In this document: piece after piece, positions 1-16,447 of the stretch
Layout: each line of letters opens with the position of its first letter
Position numbering within the stretch: position 1 is the first letter of the stretch
Assembly (NCBI GenBank): GCA_038143065.1
Contig: JAYQLI010000035.1
Coordinates: 2,656,894 to 2,720,893 of the forward strand
Source of the DNA: Rhodospirillales bacterium
GTDB taxonomy: Bacteria; Pseudomonadota; Alphaproteobacteria; Bin95
DNA length: 64,000 nucleotides
Reading direction: 5' to 3'
Notes under the pieces: model-generated
Database searches by the model: none
What the model was told of the DNA's origin: nothing
The model's input: only the letters and a program-made list of their open reading frames with translations
Translations under genes and position numbers: made by a program

Positions 1-1
1 A

Positions 2-409
2 ACTGAGGAAGTTGTAGAGGTCAAACGAGGCTCAAAAACAAAGTCTGAGCGTAAGTTTTTTCCAGGCTATGTGCTTGTAAAAATGGTCATGACTGATAGG
101 GCTTGGCATCTGGTCAAGAATACCACAAAAGTAACAGGTTTTCTGGGTTCTGGTAAAAGACCTTCACCCATTTCAGAAGCAGAGGCACGCCGGATAGTTG
201 ATCAAACGCAAGATTCAAGTGAGCGCGTCCGGCCGTCGATTACATTTGAAGTTGGCGAAAATGTGCGTGTGTCTGATGGTCCGTTCGCAAGCTTCAATGG
301 GGTGGTTGAAGACGTGGATGAGACACGGGCTCGGCTCAAAGTCTCTGTATCAATTTTTGGTCGTTCAACTCCTGTGGATTTAGAGTACGGGCAGGTAGAA
401 AAAGTTTAA
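2..409 (+). CDS. nusG: Transcription termination/antitermination factor NusG (5' end outside window)
   Basis: Frame open from base 2 ([21 protein letters not shown]); C-terminal KOW domain ([23 protein letters not shown]); lies upstream of rplK. Confidence 0.97.
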   Translation, partial: TEEVVEVKRGSKTKSERKFFPGYVLVKMVMTDRAWHLVKNTTKVTGFLGSGKRPSPISEAEARRIVDQTQDSSERVRPSITFEVGENVRVSDGPFASFNGVVEDVDETRARLKVSVSIFGRSTPVDLEYGQVEKV

Positions 410-466
410 TTTGGTCCAGTGTTCTAAAGTTCCATCCCTTTAGGCCTTTAGAACGGATCATTTCTT

Positions 467-495
467 GCGGGAGGCCGTCCCTGGCCGTTTACCGC
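467..495 (+). promoter_or_regulatory. Putative L1-binding autoregulatory site in the rplK-rplA leader
   Basis: GCGGGAGGCC-gtccct-GGCCGTTTACCGC forms a stem with an asymmetric GGGAG internal loop resembling known L1 mRNA targets; just upstream of rplK. Confidence 0.6.
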
Positions 496-542
496 GTCTA
501 TCAACCGAATGGTCGGTTGTTAGTTGATTTGGGGGAGCCATA

Positions 543-976
543 ATGGCAAAAAAAATCGATGGTTATATCAAGCTGCAAGTGCCAGCTGGTAAAGCCAACC
601 CGTCACCGCCTATTGGACCGGCTCTTGGTCAACGCGGTGTCAATATTATGGAATTTTGTAAGGCATTCAACGCCCAGACTCAGCAGATGGAAGCTGGAAT
701 GCCAATTCCAACTGTCATCACTGTCTATGCGGATAGGTCATTTAGTTTCATCACCAAGACCCCTCCCGCTTCCTACTACATCAAAAAAGCTGCGTCCGTA
801 GGTAAGGGATCACAGACCCCGGAAAATCAGCTGCAGTTGTGGGAAAGGTCACTTGGGATCAGTTGCGAGAGATAGCGCAAGCTAAGCTCGCTGATATGAG
901 CGCTAACGACGTGGAAGCAGGTGCTAAGGCATTGGCCGGTTCTGCGCGTTCCATGGGTATTGAGGTAGTGGACTAA
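543..976 (+). CDS. rplK: 50S ribosomal protein L11 (1-nt frameshift near 817-826, likely sequence error)
   Basis: [21 protein letters not shown] motif; C-terminus (..[22 protein letters not shown]) continues in another frame to TAA 974-976. Confidence 0.95.
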
Positions 977-980
977 AACT

Positions 981-1687
981 ATGGCAAAGAATGGAAAACG
1001 CGTCTCTGATGCTCGTAAATCCGTCGATGCGTCAAAGCTTTATGGCATTGATGAAGCGGTTAAGTTTCTGAAAAGCAATTCGAAAACAAAATTCGATGAG
1101 ACTGTTGAAATAGCTATCAATCTTGGAGTCGATCCTCGTCACGCTGATCAGCAAGTCCGTGGTATGGTGGCTTTGCCGAATGGTACTGGTAAGTCTGCTC
1201 GCGTTGCTGTTTTTGCTCGGGGTGCCAAGGCAGACGAAGCACAAGCAGCTGGCGCTGATTTGGTTGGCGCAGAAGAGCTCGCAGAGACGGTTCAGTCTGG
1301 AACGATTGATTTTGATGTTGCTATTGCGACTCCAGATATGATGCCAATCGTTGGGCGACTTGGTCGTGTCTTGGGTCCTCGTGGCCTGATGCCAAATCCC
1401 AAACTGGGCACAGTAACGCAAGATGTTGCTGCAGCTGTTGAAGGAGCGAAAGGTGGGCAGGTTCAGTATCGCGTCGAGAAAGCAGGAATCATCCATGCTG
1501 GCGTTGGTAAGATGAGTTTTTCGGAAGACCAAATTCTTGGAAACGTCCGTGCATTATTTGATGCAGTTGTCAGGCAAAGCCCAGCGGAGCCAAAGGTACG
1601 TATATCAAAAAAGTTTCATTGACCTCGACTATGGGGCCAGGATTGCGTATTGATCCATCGTCTATGAGCGAGGGACAAGTATCTTAA
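981..1687 (+). CDS. rplA: 50S ribosomal protein L1 (frameshift near 1573)
   Basis: [18 protein letters not shown] motifs; shifted frame gives [23 protein letters not shown] to TAA 1685-1687. Confidence 0.95.
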
Positions 1688-1757
1688 GATTAGGAATGCG
1701 GTTGGGGTAACCCAACTGTTGACCCCTGTGAGTATATATCAGGGGTATTAAAGAACG

Positions 1758-1838
1758 TCTGTCCAAGATTGAGGGTGCTGAAGATCCAAAAAAAATAGGG
1801 GTCAATTCAGCTTAAACTTTCAGCCTTCATGAGACAGG
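1758..1838 (+). promoter_or_regulatory. L10 leader (rplJ-rplL autoregulatory RNA)
   Basis: CTGTCCAAGATTGAGGGTGCTGAA..TTCAGCTTAA..CCTTCATGAGACAGG matches the paired L10-leader layout, within the ~300-nt rplA-rplJ spacer. Confidence 0.7.
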
Positions 1839-1995
1839 AGATCAAAGCGGTTCTGAAAGACCCTTCTTGGGTCGAAGTGCGCTGGGGTCACCACCGGAGA
1901 GGCGGATGTCCGCTGCTAAGGAGTATTTCTCTCAGGCAGCTTAACCCGGGTGAAGTGGTTAATCCATTTCACTCTTATTAACGGAGTAGACCCAC

Positions 1996-2511
1996 TTGCA
2001 TCGACAGCAGAAGGAACAGGTGGTCGAGGCGTTGCATGAAACCTTTTCCAGTGCGAGCAGCATAGTTGTTGCGCACCAAAAAGGTTTGACTCATGCGCAA
2101 ATGACCGACCTTCGTCGGCGCTTGACGGAGCCTGGAGCAGGATTTAAGGTAACTAAGAACCGGCTGGCCAAACTGGCGCTCGATGGGACGCCGTATGAGG
2201 GTATGGCTGATTTGTTCAGTGGCCCAACGACGGTTGCCTACTCTGATGACCCCGTGTCTGCGGCAAAGGTCGCAGTAAAATATGCCAGTGACAACGACAA
2301 GTACGAAGTCGTTGGTGGTGGGCTAGACGGTAAAGCACTCAGTGTTGCCGAGGTTAAGGCGCTTGCGTCTCTGCCCGGTATCGACGAACTGCGCGCTAAG
2401 ATCGTCGGCATGATAGCAACACCAGCTACTCGCCTTGCGCAAGTCACTGCAGCGCCAGCTGGGCAACTTGCCCGGGTATTCGGTGCTTATGTATCATCAG
2501 AACAAGCTTAA
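1996..2511 (+). CDS. rplJ: 50S ribosomal protein L10
   Basis: FKVTKNRLAKLAL and SLPGIDELRAKIVG motifs; TTG start with GGAG upstream; synteny. Confidence 0.96.
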   Translation: MHRQQKEQVVEALHETFSSASSIVVAHQKGLTHAQMTDLRRRLTEPGAGFKVTKNRLAKLALDGTPYEGMADLFSGPTTVAYSDDPVSAAKVAVKYASDNDKYEVVGGGLDGKALSVAEVKALASLPGIDELRAKIVGMIATPATRLAQVTAAPAGQLARVFGAYVSSEQA

Positions 2512-2577
2512 ATCTCAACCGCCGGGTGCTTATTAGATGAGCTACCGTGCTATTTGATCTACTAGGAGTAAATAAAA

Positions 2578-2958
2578 ATGGCCGATCTCGATAAGATCGT
2601 TGAAGAACTTTCCGCCCTTACCGTCCTCGAAGCTGCAGAGCTATCCAAAATGCTCGAAGAGAAGTGGGGCGTTTCCGCTGCTGCTCCTGTGGCAGTGGCT
2701 GCTGCTGGCGGTGGTGCCGGTGCGGATGCGCCTGCTGCAGAAGAGAAAGACGAGTTTGACGTCATCCTCGCTTCTGCTGGCGACAAGAAAATTAATGTTA
2801 TTAAAGAAGTTCGCGGCATCACAGGCCTGGGCCTTAAAGAAGCAAAAGACCTTGTAGAAAGTGCACCTAAAGCTGTTAAAGAAGGTGCATCAAAGGATGA
2901 AGCGGAAGAAATTAAGAAGAAGCTCGAAGAAGCTGGCGCTACTGTCGAGCTTAAATAA
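2578..2958 (+). CDS. rplL: 50S ribosomal protein L7/L12
   Basis: [12 protein letters not shown] hinge; [24 protein letters not shown]. Confidence 0.98.
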   Translation: MADLDKIVEELSALTVLEAAELSKMLEEKWGVSAAAPVAVAAAGGGAGADAPAAEEKDEFDVILASAGDKKINVIKEVRGITGLGLKEAKDLVESAPKAVKEGASKDEAEEIKKKLEEAGATVELK

Positions 2959-2973
2959 GCTTCCATCTAATAT

Positions 2974-3005
2974 CCGGTTAGGCTTTTTAGCCTAGCCGGG
3001 TTTTT
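2974..3005 (+). terminator. Intrinsic terminator/attenuator between rplL and rpoB
   Basis: CCGGTTAGGCT-tttt-AGCCTAGCCGG stem followed by G and a T5 tract. Confidence 0.75.
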
Positions 3006-3140
3006 GCTGAGCTTGTGCGCCGATTTCACATTCGGTGTACTACACCAACTTCCATCCAAGTGATAAATTTGGATGGGTTAAAGTCGTTAGAGAACTATAT
3101 AGTTCTGGTAGTGGCTTTTAAACGATAGGGAGACGCGCCA

Positions 3141-6100
3141 ATGGCGATGTCGATGACCGGTCGCAAAAGAATTCGTCGCAGGTTTGGGCACATCCGCGAG
3201 GTTGCTCCAATTCCGAATTTGATCGAAGTGCAAAAACAATCTTACGATGCGTTTCTGCAAACAGATCTATCGGCTGAAGATCGTCGGTCGCAAGGCTTGT
3301 ACGAGGCGCTCTCCTCTGTCTTTCCAGTGAAAGATTTTGCAGGAAAGGCTCAACTTGAATTCGTAGACTACGAGTTTGAGGATCCCAAATATGATGTGGA
3401 AGAGTGTCGTCAGCGCGGATTGACATTCTCTGCTCCACTTAAAGTCACCTTGCGTTTGGTCGTATGGGACGTGGATGAAGAGACAGGCTCTCGCTCTATT
3501 CGAGACATAAAAGAACAGGATGTTTACATGGGCGATATGCCGCTCATGACATCAAACGGTACTTTTATTGTGAACGGTACAGAGCGTGTTATCGTATCCC
3601 AAATGCACCGGTCCCCTGGTGTCTTTTTTGATCACGACAAGGGAAAGACTCACTCGTCGGGCAAATTACTTTTTGCGGCGCGCGTGATCCCCTATCGCGG
3701 TTCGTGGTTAGATTTTGAATTTGACTCCAAAGATTTAGTTTACGTTCGCATTGACCGTCGTCGCAAACTTCCTGTTACGACTATGCTTTTAGCTCTTGAT
3801 AATGATGCAACAGCTAAGCGCAAGGAAGAGTTGGCGGTTGAAGGTCAAGTGTTCCCTGCTGAAGAGTCCGAAGGTCTCACGCCTGAAGAAATTCTCTCAT
3901 ATTTCTATGAGACCGATTTGTTCGAGCGTGCTGCAGATGGATGGACAGCGCCCTTTGATCCAGCTTCTTTGAAGCCAGGCAAAGCGCTTATGGACGTCCG
4001 TGATGCTGCCACTGGTGAGGTGGTTGTTAAAGAGGGTTCAAGGATTACACCGCGTGTCCTTACAAAGTTGGCTGAGAAAGGTGTCAAGCGACGTTTGGCC
4101 TCTACAGAGGAACTTGTCGGTAAGTATTTGGCGCGTGATGTCGTCGACATGACGTCAGGCGCGATCTTTGCGGAGGCCGGGGCTGAGATAGATGAGGCTC
4201 TGTTAGATACATTGCAGCAGGCTGGCATCAATGAGATTCCTGTCCTTGCCATCGATGATGTGGAGGTAGGCCCTTATATCCTTAAAACTTTGGCGGCTGA
4301 TAAAAACGAAAGCCAAGATGATGCGCTCACGGATATCTATCGTGTGATGCGCCCGGGCGAACCGCCAACCCCTGAGTCAGCACAAGCAATGTTTAAAAGC
4401 TTGTTCTTTGATAGTGAACGCTATGATCTATCAGCTGTTGGCCGTGTAAAAATGAATGCACGGCTTGATCTGGACACCCCAGACACCATGCGTGTGTTGC
4501 GGCGAGAAGATGTACTGGCGATTGTTAAAACGTTGGTTGACCTCAAAGACGGCCGTGGTGAAGTGGATGATATTGATCACCTTGGTAACCGCAGGGTCCG
4601 CTCTGTTGGTGAGTTAATGGAGAATCAATATCGTGTTGGTTTGCTTCGGATGGAACGAGCCATTCGTGAACGGATGAGTTCCGTTGATATTGATGCTGTG
4701 ATGCCTCAGGACCTCATTAACGCAAAGCCAGCTGCGGCGGCAGTGCGAGAATTTTTTGGTTCTTCCCAGCTATCACAGTTCATGGATCAAACGAACCCGC
4801 TGTCGGAGATTACCCATAAACGCCGTCTTTCAGCCCTTGGGCCAGGCGGTTTAACCCGCGAGAGAGCGGGTTTTGAAGTTCGTGATGTTCATCCCACGCA
4901 TTATGGCCGAATTTGTCCAATTGAAACGCCGGAAGGACCTAACATTGGATTGATTAATAGTTTTGCCTCATATGCCCGCGTCAATAGGTACGGTTTTATT
5001 GAGACCCCTTACCGTAAGGTTGTGGATGGACTGGTTACAGATGAAGTCGTCTACATGTCGGCCATGGAAGAAACCCGTCACACCGTTGCGCAGGCTAACG
5101 CTCCTTTAGACTCGAAAATAAATTCAAAAACGAGCTAGTGGACTGTAGGGCAAATGGTGACTACCTGCTTGCTCAGCGCAGTCAGATTGACTTCATGGAT
5201 GTTTCGCCAAAGCAGTTAGTATCAGTTGCTGCCGCGTTGATTCCATTTTTAGAGAATGATGACGCGAACAGAGCTTTGATGGGCTCAAACATGCAACGTC
5301 AGGCAGTGCCTCTTTTACAAACCCAAGCTCCCCTTGTTGGTACAGGTATGGAAGCAATTGTCGCTCGAGACTCTGGAGCGACTATCACGGCTAAGCGAGG
5401 CGGGGTTGTCGATCAGATCGACGCAATGCGTATCGTTATCCGTGTTAACGAAAATGAGGCGCAAGGTGATACGGGTGTAGATATTTACACTCTGCAAAAA
5501 TTCGAGAGATCCAACCAATCAACCTGCATCACACAGCGTCCGCTGGTTAAAAAAGGTGATCGTGTCGAGTCCGGTGATATTATTGCTGACGGCCCTTCCA
5601 CCAATCTTGGTGATTTGGCCCTTGGTCGTAACGTGCTTTGTGCGTTCATGCCATGGAATGGCTATAATTTCGAAGACTCGATAGTTATTTCCGAGCGTAT
5701 CGCCCGTGATGACGTGTTTACCTCCATTCACATTGAAGAATTCGAGGTGATGGCACGTGATACCAAGCTTGGGCAGGAAGAGATAACACGAGATATTCCG
5801 AATGTTTCCGAAGAAGCCCTCCGGAATCTAGATGAAGCTGGAATGGTTTATGTCGGAGCTGAGTTGAAGCCTGGCGATCTCATGGTTGGAAAGGTGACAC
5901 CTAAGGGTGAGTCACCAATGACACCAGAAGAAAAACTGCTTCGGGCTATATTTGGCGAGAAGGCTGCTGACGTCCGCGATACGTCATTAAAGGTCCCACC
6001 CGGGGTTACAGGTACAGTAGTTGATGTACGTGTTTTCTCTCGCCGTGGTGTCGAGAAAGACGAACGAGCGAGAGCTATTGATCAGGAAGAAATCGAGCGT

Positions 6101-7321
6101 CTTGCCAAAGATCGTGATGATGAAAAGCACATTATCACTCGTAGCTTTAATGCTCGCCTTCGCGAACTTTTGTTGGGCCGGGAAATCGTTTCAGGTCCTA
6201 AGGGTGTAAAGTCGGCAAAGAAGGGCGCAAAGATCGATGGGCCTCTTCTGGATGAGCTTACATCCACGCAGCAGCGGCAAATCGTAGTCTCTGATGATCC
6301 TGTGATGAAGGAATTGGAGGCCCTGGGTAAACGCTATGATGAAAGTGTTAAGCAGCTCTCCGATCGATTTGAGAATAAGGTCGAGAAGCTTGAGCGGGGA
6401 GATGAACTGCCTCCTGGCGTGATGAAGATGGTTAAAGTCTTCGTTGCAGTGAAACGGAAGCTGCAGCCTGGTGATAAGATGGCCGGCCGTCACGGGAACA
6501 AAGGTGTTGTATCTACCATTGTTCCTATTGAGGATATGCCTCACTTGGAGGACGGAACCCCTGTTGACATAGTTCTGAACCCGCTTGGTGTTCCAAGTCG
6601 CATGAACGTGGGGCAGATTTTGGAGACCCACCTTGGTTGGGCTTGTGCAGCTCTGGGTCAGCAAATTGAGAGTATGCTCGAGGGTGTTCAACAAGGTGCT
6701 AAAGCATTTAAGGACCTAAGAGCAAAGCTTAAAGATGTTTATGGTCCTGAGATGTACGATGGAGATATCGCTGATCTGAATGATGATGAAGTGATAGAGC
6801 TTGCTCACAATCTTCGTGATGGAATGCCTATTGCAACTCCTGTTTTTGATGGAGCTCGCGAGAGTGACATCAATGAGATGTTGGAGAAGGCGCAACTGGC
6901 TACGTCCGGGCAATCGACATTGATTGATGGTCGCACGGGTGAAGAGTTCCATCGTAAGGTGACAGTTGGCTACATCTATATGCTGAAGCTACATCATCTT
7001 GTGGACGATAAAATCCATGCTCGGTCTATCGGTCCATATAGCTTAGTGACCCAGCAGCCTCTTGGCGGCAAGGCACAATTCGGTGGTCAGCGTTTCGGTG
7101 AAATGGAAGTCTGGGCCCTAGAAGCTTATGGTGCGGCTTACACACTTCAGGAAATGCTTACAGTTAAATCTGATGATGTGTCTGGGCGCACTAAAGTGTA
7201 TGAATCCATTGTCCGTGGCGATGATACCTTCGAGGCTGGAATACCAGAGAGCTTTAACGTTCTAGTGAAGGAACTTCGTTCTCTTGGCCTCAATGTCGAA
7301 CTTCTGGAGACAGAGAATTAA
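3141..7321 (+). CDS. rpoB: RNA polymerase beta subunit (frameshift at A-run 5115-5118)
   Basis: ORFs 3141-5138 and 5138-7321 are consecutive halves of RpoB ([49 protein letters not shown]); one added A joins them. Confidence 0.97.
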
Positions 7322-7367
7322 TAATGCCTGATATGCGCGTTTGTATTCTCTTCAACCTGCAGCTTAA

Positions 7368-11558
<4,191 letters not shown>

Positions 11559-11601
11559 AATTTTTTTAATCGCCCTGCGTCGAAAATGTGCTGTAGCAGT
11601 G

Positions 11602-11630
11602 TTGACGTGGGGCAGTTGGGCCACTATGGT
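11602..11630 (+). promoter_or_regulatory. Sigma70-type promoter of the str operon
   Basis: TTGACG-N17-TATGGT followed by GC-rich discriminator CCGCGCC. Confidence 0.65.
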
Positions 11631-11858
11631 CCGCGCCACTCTTGATGGGGCTGGCTGTAGCTCACCTCTTGCGAGGATGGGATGGCTAGACGCAGTCTCG
11701 ATGCGGGGTACCCCGTGAACGCAAGGGTCTCAAAATTGGATCAAGCGGCTTCTAAGAGGGTCGCTATTCTTTTGTGGGGCCCCAAGCGTTGGTCGAGTTT
11801 GCGCCCTTTCCTTGGGGCGTTTTTTGTTGGATGTGAATTGAAGGGGAGATCGGCCTGA

Positions 11859-12230
11859 ATGCCGACCATTAATCAGCTGATCCGCAAGCCGCGGAAGGCA
11901 CCAAATACGCGGAATAAAGTTCCAGCTTTGGAGGCGTGTCCTCAGAAGCGGGGAGTTTGTACGCGCGTCTACACGACTACGCCTAAGAAGCCTAACTCAG
12001 CTCTCCGTAAGGTCGCTCGCGTACGGCTCACAAATGGTTTTGAAGTTACCAGCTATATTCCTGGTGAAGGGCATAACTTGCAAGAACACTCTGTTGTCCT
12101 AATTCGTGGCGGCCGTGTGAAAGACCTTCCTGGTGTTCGTTACCACATTCTTCGTGGCGTACTTGACACACAAGGTGTTGCAAATCGTCGTCAGCGTCGT
12201 TCCAAATACGGCGCTAAGCGGCCGAAGTGA
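11859..12230 (+). CDS. rpsL: 30S ribosomal protein S12
   Basis: [12 protein letters not shown] and [11 protein letters not shown] motifs. Confidence 0.99.
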   Translation: MPTINQLIRKPRKAPNTRNKVPALEACPQKRGVCTRVYTTTPKKPNSALRKVARVRLTNGFEVTSYIPGEGHNLQEHSVVLIRGGRVKDLPGVRYHILRGVLDTQGVANRRQRRSKYGAKRPK

Positions 12231-12244
12231 CCGGAGAGGATTAA

Positions 12245-12718
<474 letters not shown>

Positions 12719-12763
12719 TTGCCCAGGATCATTCATTGATTTTTGTTTGAAGTAATTCCTCTG

Positions 12764-14845
12764 ATGGCTCGTACTCACGATCTCTCCATGTATCGTAACA
12801 TCGGCATCATGGCCCATATTGATGCTGGTAAAACAACTACGACTGAGCGCGTGCTCTACTACACAGGCCGTTCCCATAAAATTGGCGAAGTGCACGATGG
12901 CGCGGCCACTATGGATTGGATGGAGCAGGAGCAAGAGCGAGGGATAACTATTACCTCTGCTGCAACAACCTGTTTTTGGCGTGATTATCGGATCAACATT
13001 ATTGACACCCCTGGCCACGTGGACTTCACCATTGAGGTGGAACGTTCTCTAAGGGTCTTGGATGGTGCTGTAACAGTTTTCGACTCGGTTGCAGGTGTTG
13101 AGCCTCAATCTGAGACTGTGTGGCGTCAGGCTGACAAGTACAAAGTCCCGCGCATGTGCTTTGTGAATAAGATGGACCGCACTGGAGCGGACTTCTTTCG
13201 TTGTGTTCAAATGATGATTGATCGTCTTGGGGCTACCCCACTGGTCCTTCAGTTGCCAATCGGGTCCGAAGCAGAGTTTGAAGGCGTTATAGATCTCGTC
13301 AACATGCGCGAAGTCGTTTGGAAGGACGAAAGCCTTGGGGCCGAGTTCGAGTATCGTCCCATTCGCGACAAATATGCTGATCAGGCTGCGGAGTATCGGG
13401 AAAAGCTGGTTGAGACCGCTGTAGAGCAAGATGATGCTGCTATGGAAGCTTACCTTGAAGGGGAAGAGCCTAGTGTTGAGACCTTAGTAGCATGTATTAG
13501 AAAAGGCACTCTAGATCACGATGCATTTGTACCTGTGCTGTGTGGCTCGGCGTTCAAAAACAAGGGTGTTCAGCCTTTGCTTGATGCGGTGATTGACTTT
13601 TTGCCTGCGCCAACCGATGTGCCAGCAATTAAGGGTATAGATGTTAAGACAGAAGAGCCTGCTACTAGGAAGTCTTCTGATGATGAGCCTTTTTCTGCAT
13701 TGGCCTTCAAAATTATGACAGACCCGTTTGTGGGGTCCCTCACCTTCTGCCGCATCTATTCTGGTGTTCTTGAGGCCGGTACATCGACGCTAAACTCGGT
13801 CAAGGACAACCGCGAGCGTGTCGGGCGGATGTTGCAAATGCATGCCAACTCTCGGGAAGATGTTAAAGAGGCGCGAGCTGGCGACATCGTTGCGATTGCA
13901 GGCTTAAAAAATACCACGACGGGTGATACCCTTTGTGATCCTCTCAAGCCGGTTATTCTGGAGCGCATGGAATTCCCAGAGCCAGTTATTGAGGTGGCGG
14001 TTGAGCCTAAATCCAAAGCTGACCAAGAAAAAATGGGTATAGCGCTTTCACGATTGGCTCAAGAAGACCCATCGTTCCGCGTTGCATCTGATGCCGAAAG
14101 TGGTCAGACGGTTATCAAAGGGATGGGTGAGCTTCATCTGGATATCATCGTTGATCGAATGAAACGTGAGTTTAAGGTTGAGGCTAACGTCGGGGCTCCC
14201 CAGGTGGCCTATCGGGAAACGATCACCCGTCGCGCTGAAATCGATTACACCCACAAGAAGCAGACTGGTGGTTCAGGTCAGTTCGCGCGCGTCAAAATCG
14301 TCTTTCAGCCACAGGAAGATAAGGCAAAGGGTAACGAATTTGTATCTTCCATTGTTGGTGGTTCCGTTCCTCGGGAATATATCCCTGGGGTGGAGAAGGG
14401 ACTGATGAGCGCCATGGAAACCGGCATTCTCGTTGGTTTCCCTGTCATAAACGTTCATGCACAGCTGGTTGACGGCGCATACCACGACGTTGATTCATCG
14501 GTGATGGCTTTTGAAATTGCAGCACGCGCAGCATTTAGGGAAGGAATGGAGAAGGCTGGGCCATCTCTTCTTGAGCCTATCATGAAGGTCGAAGTTGTAA
14601 CCCCTGAGGAGTACATGGGCGATATAATTGGCGACTTGAACAGCCGACGTGGCCAGGTTGCTGGTATGGATAGCCGAGGCAACGCCCGCGTCGTTGATGC
14701 GATGGTGCCGCTGGCTAACATGTTTGGATATGTGAATACGTTGCGGTCTATGAGCCAAGGTAGGGCGCAGTACAGCATGCAATTTGATCATTATAACCAA
14801 GTACCACAAGCCGTCGCGGACGAGGTTCGCGCGAAGTTGGCATAG
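12764..14845 (+). CDS. fusA: Elongation factor G
   Basis: [27 protein letters not shown]; ATG 12764 preferred over upstream TTG. Confidence 0.98.
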   Translation: MARTHDLSMYRNIGIMAHIDAGKTTTTERVLYYTGRSHKIGEVHDGAATMDWMEQEQERGITITSAATTCFWRDYRINIIDTPGHVDFTIEVERSLRVLDGAVTVFDSVAGVEPQSETVWRQADKYKVPRMCFVNKMDRTGADFFRCVQMMIDRLGATPLVLQLPIGSEAEFEGVIDLVNMREVVWKDESLGAEFEYRPIRDKYADQAAEYREKLVETAVEQDDAAMEAYLEGEEPSVETLVACIRKGTLDHDAFVPVLCGSAFKNKGVQPLLDAVIDFLPAPTDVPAIKGIDVKTEEPATRKSSDDEPFSALAFKIMTDPFVGSLTFCRIYSGVLEAGTSTLNSVKDNRERVGRMLQMHANSREDVKEARAGDIVAIAGLKNTTTGDTLCDPLKPVILERMEFPEPVIEVAVEPKSKADQEKMGIALSRLAQEDPSFRVASDAESGQTVIKGMGELHLDIIVDRMKREFKVEANVGAPQVAYRETITRRAEIDYTHKKQTGGSGQFARVKIVFQPQEDKAKGNEFVSSIVGGSVPREYIPGVEKGLMSAMETGILVGFPVINVHAQLVDGAYHDVDSSVMAFEIAARAAFREGMEKAGPSLLEPIMKVEVVTPEEYMGDIIGDLNSRRGQVAGMDSRGNARVVDAMVPLANMFGYVNTLRSMSQGRAQYSMQFDHYNQVPQAVADEVRAKLA

Positions 14846-14904
14846 TCGCCAGCTATTTCCTGTTAATGCCAAGATTTAGATAGTTCGCAAGGAGTTAGGC
14901 CGCC

Positions 14905-16095
14905 ATGGCGAAAGAGAAGTTTGAGCGTAATAAGCCGCACTGCAACATCGGGACCATTGGCCATGTTGATCATGGCAAGACGTCTTTGACTGCAGCGATC
15001 ACCAAGGTACTTGCCGAGTCTGGTGGAGCCAATTTCCAGGCTTATGATCAGATTGATAAGGCTCCTGAAGAGAAGGCACGTGGTATCACGATTTCAACGG
15101 CTCACGTGGAGTATGAGACGGAAGGTCGTCACTACGCACACGTTGATTGTCCTGGCCACGCTGACTACGTGAAGAACATGATCACCGGTGCGGCGCAGAT
15201 GGACGGCGCTATCTTGGTGGTTTCAGCTGCTGACGGCCCTATGCCCCAGACCCGCGAGCACATTCTGCTTGCACGTCAGGTTGGTGTGCCTGCTCTAGTG
15301 GTATTCATGAACAAGGTTGATCAGGTTGACGACGAAGAGCTTCTAGAGCTTGTAGAGCTTGAGGTTCGCGAGCTTCTGTCCTCCTATGACTTCCCAGGCG
15401 ATGATATTCCTATCATCAAGGGTTCTGCGCTAGCCGCGCTTGAAGATTCAAACAAAGAGATTGGCCACGACGCTGTTCTTGAACTGATGGCAGCGGTTGA
15501 TGAGTATATTCCTCAGCCAGAGCGTCCAGTTGATCGTCCATTCCTAATGCCTATTGAGGACGTATTCTCAATCTCTGGTCGTGGTACAGTTGTTACCGGC
15601 CGTGTTGAGCAGGGCATTGTTAAGGTTGGTGAGGAAATCGAGATCGTTGGTATCCGTGATACTGCGAAGACTACGGTTACCGGCGTTGAGATGTTCCGTA
15701 AGCTTCTGGATCAAGGCCAGGCTGGTGACAATGTTGGTTGCTTGCTTCGTGGTGTTGGTCGTGAGGACGTGGAGCGTGGTCAGGTTCTGTCGAAACCAGG
15801 ATCAATTACACCGCACACCCAATTCCAGTGTGAGTGCTATGTGCTGACAAAGGAAGAGGGAGGGCGCCACACGCCATTCTTCTCGAACTATCGCCCTCAG
15901 TTCTACTTCCGGACCACGGACGTTACGGGGACGGTTGAACTTCCTGAAGGCACTGAAATGGTGATGCCAGGTGACAACATTGCGATGAAGGTGAACCTGA
16001 TCGCTCCAATTGCAATGGACGAAGGTCTGCGCTTTGCGATCCGTGTAGGCGGTCGCACTGTTGGCGCCGGCGTCGTCGCTAAAATCGTCGCTTAA
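14905..16095 (+). CDS. tuf: Elongation factor Tu
   Basis: [27 protein letters not shown]. Confidence 0.99.
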   Translation: MAKEKFERNKPHCNIGTIGHVDHGKTSLTAAITKVLAESGGANFQAYDQIDKAPEEKARGITISTAHVEYETEGRHYAHVDCPGHADYVKNMITGAAQMDGAILVVSAADGPMPQTREHILLARQVGVPALVVFMNKVDQVDDEELLELVELEVRELLSSYDFPGDDIPIIKGSALAALEDSNKEIGHDAVLELMAAVDEYIPQPERPVDRPFLMPIEDVFSISGRGTVVTGRVEQGIVKVGEEIEIVGIRDTAKTTVTGVEMFRKLLDQGQAGDNVGCLLRGVGREDVERGQVLSKPGSITPHTQFQCECYVLTKEEGGRHTPFFSNYRPQFYFRTTDVTGTVELPEGTEMVMPGDNIAMKVNLIAPIAMDEGLRFAIRVGGRTVGAGVVAKIVA

Positions 16096-16134
16096 GCGAG
16101 GGCCTGATCGGCCCCGCACCAAGGATGCGTGAAT

Positions 16135-16443
16135 ATGGAAAATCAAAATATTAGAATCCGCCTCAAGGCGTATGATCACCGGGTGCTTGATCAGTCCACC
16201 TCGGAGATCGTGAACACCGCCAAGCGGACAGGTGCAACGGTTCGGGGGCCCATTCCCCTTCCGACGCGCATCCAGAAGTACACAGTGTTGCGTGGCCCTC
16301 ATATCGATAAGAAGTCACGTGATCAGTTTGAGATGCGTACACATCGGCGTGTCCTCGATATTGTAGAACCAACTCCTCAGACGGTAGATGCTCTTATGAG
16401 GCTCGATCTTTCGCCTGGTGTTGATGTAGAGATCAAGGACTAA
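16135..16443 (+). CDS. rpsJ: 30S ribosomal protein S10
   Basis: [21 protein letters not shown]; GTG 16129 is an alternative start. Confidence 0.98.
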   Translation: MENQNIRIRLKAYDHRVLDQSTSEIVNTAKRTGATVRGPIPLPTRIQKYTVLRGPHIDKKSRDQFEMRTHRRVLDIVEPTPQTVDALMRLDLSPGVDVEIKD

Positions 16444-16447
16444 CTCA

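Noticed and set aside
4755-4850. Rifampicin-resistance alleles in rpoB (and streptomycin alleles in rpsL)
   Set aside because: [26 protein letters not shown] and TPKKPNS are the usual sensitive-type sequences
3141-7321. Naturally split RpoB (two ORFs abutting at 5138)
   Set aside because: One added A in the 5115-5118 run restores a continuous protein, and the same lesion type occurs throughout the window
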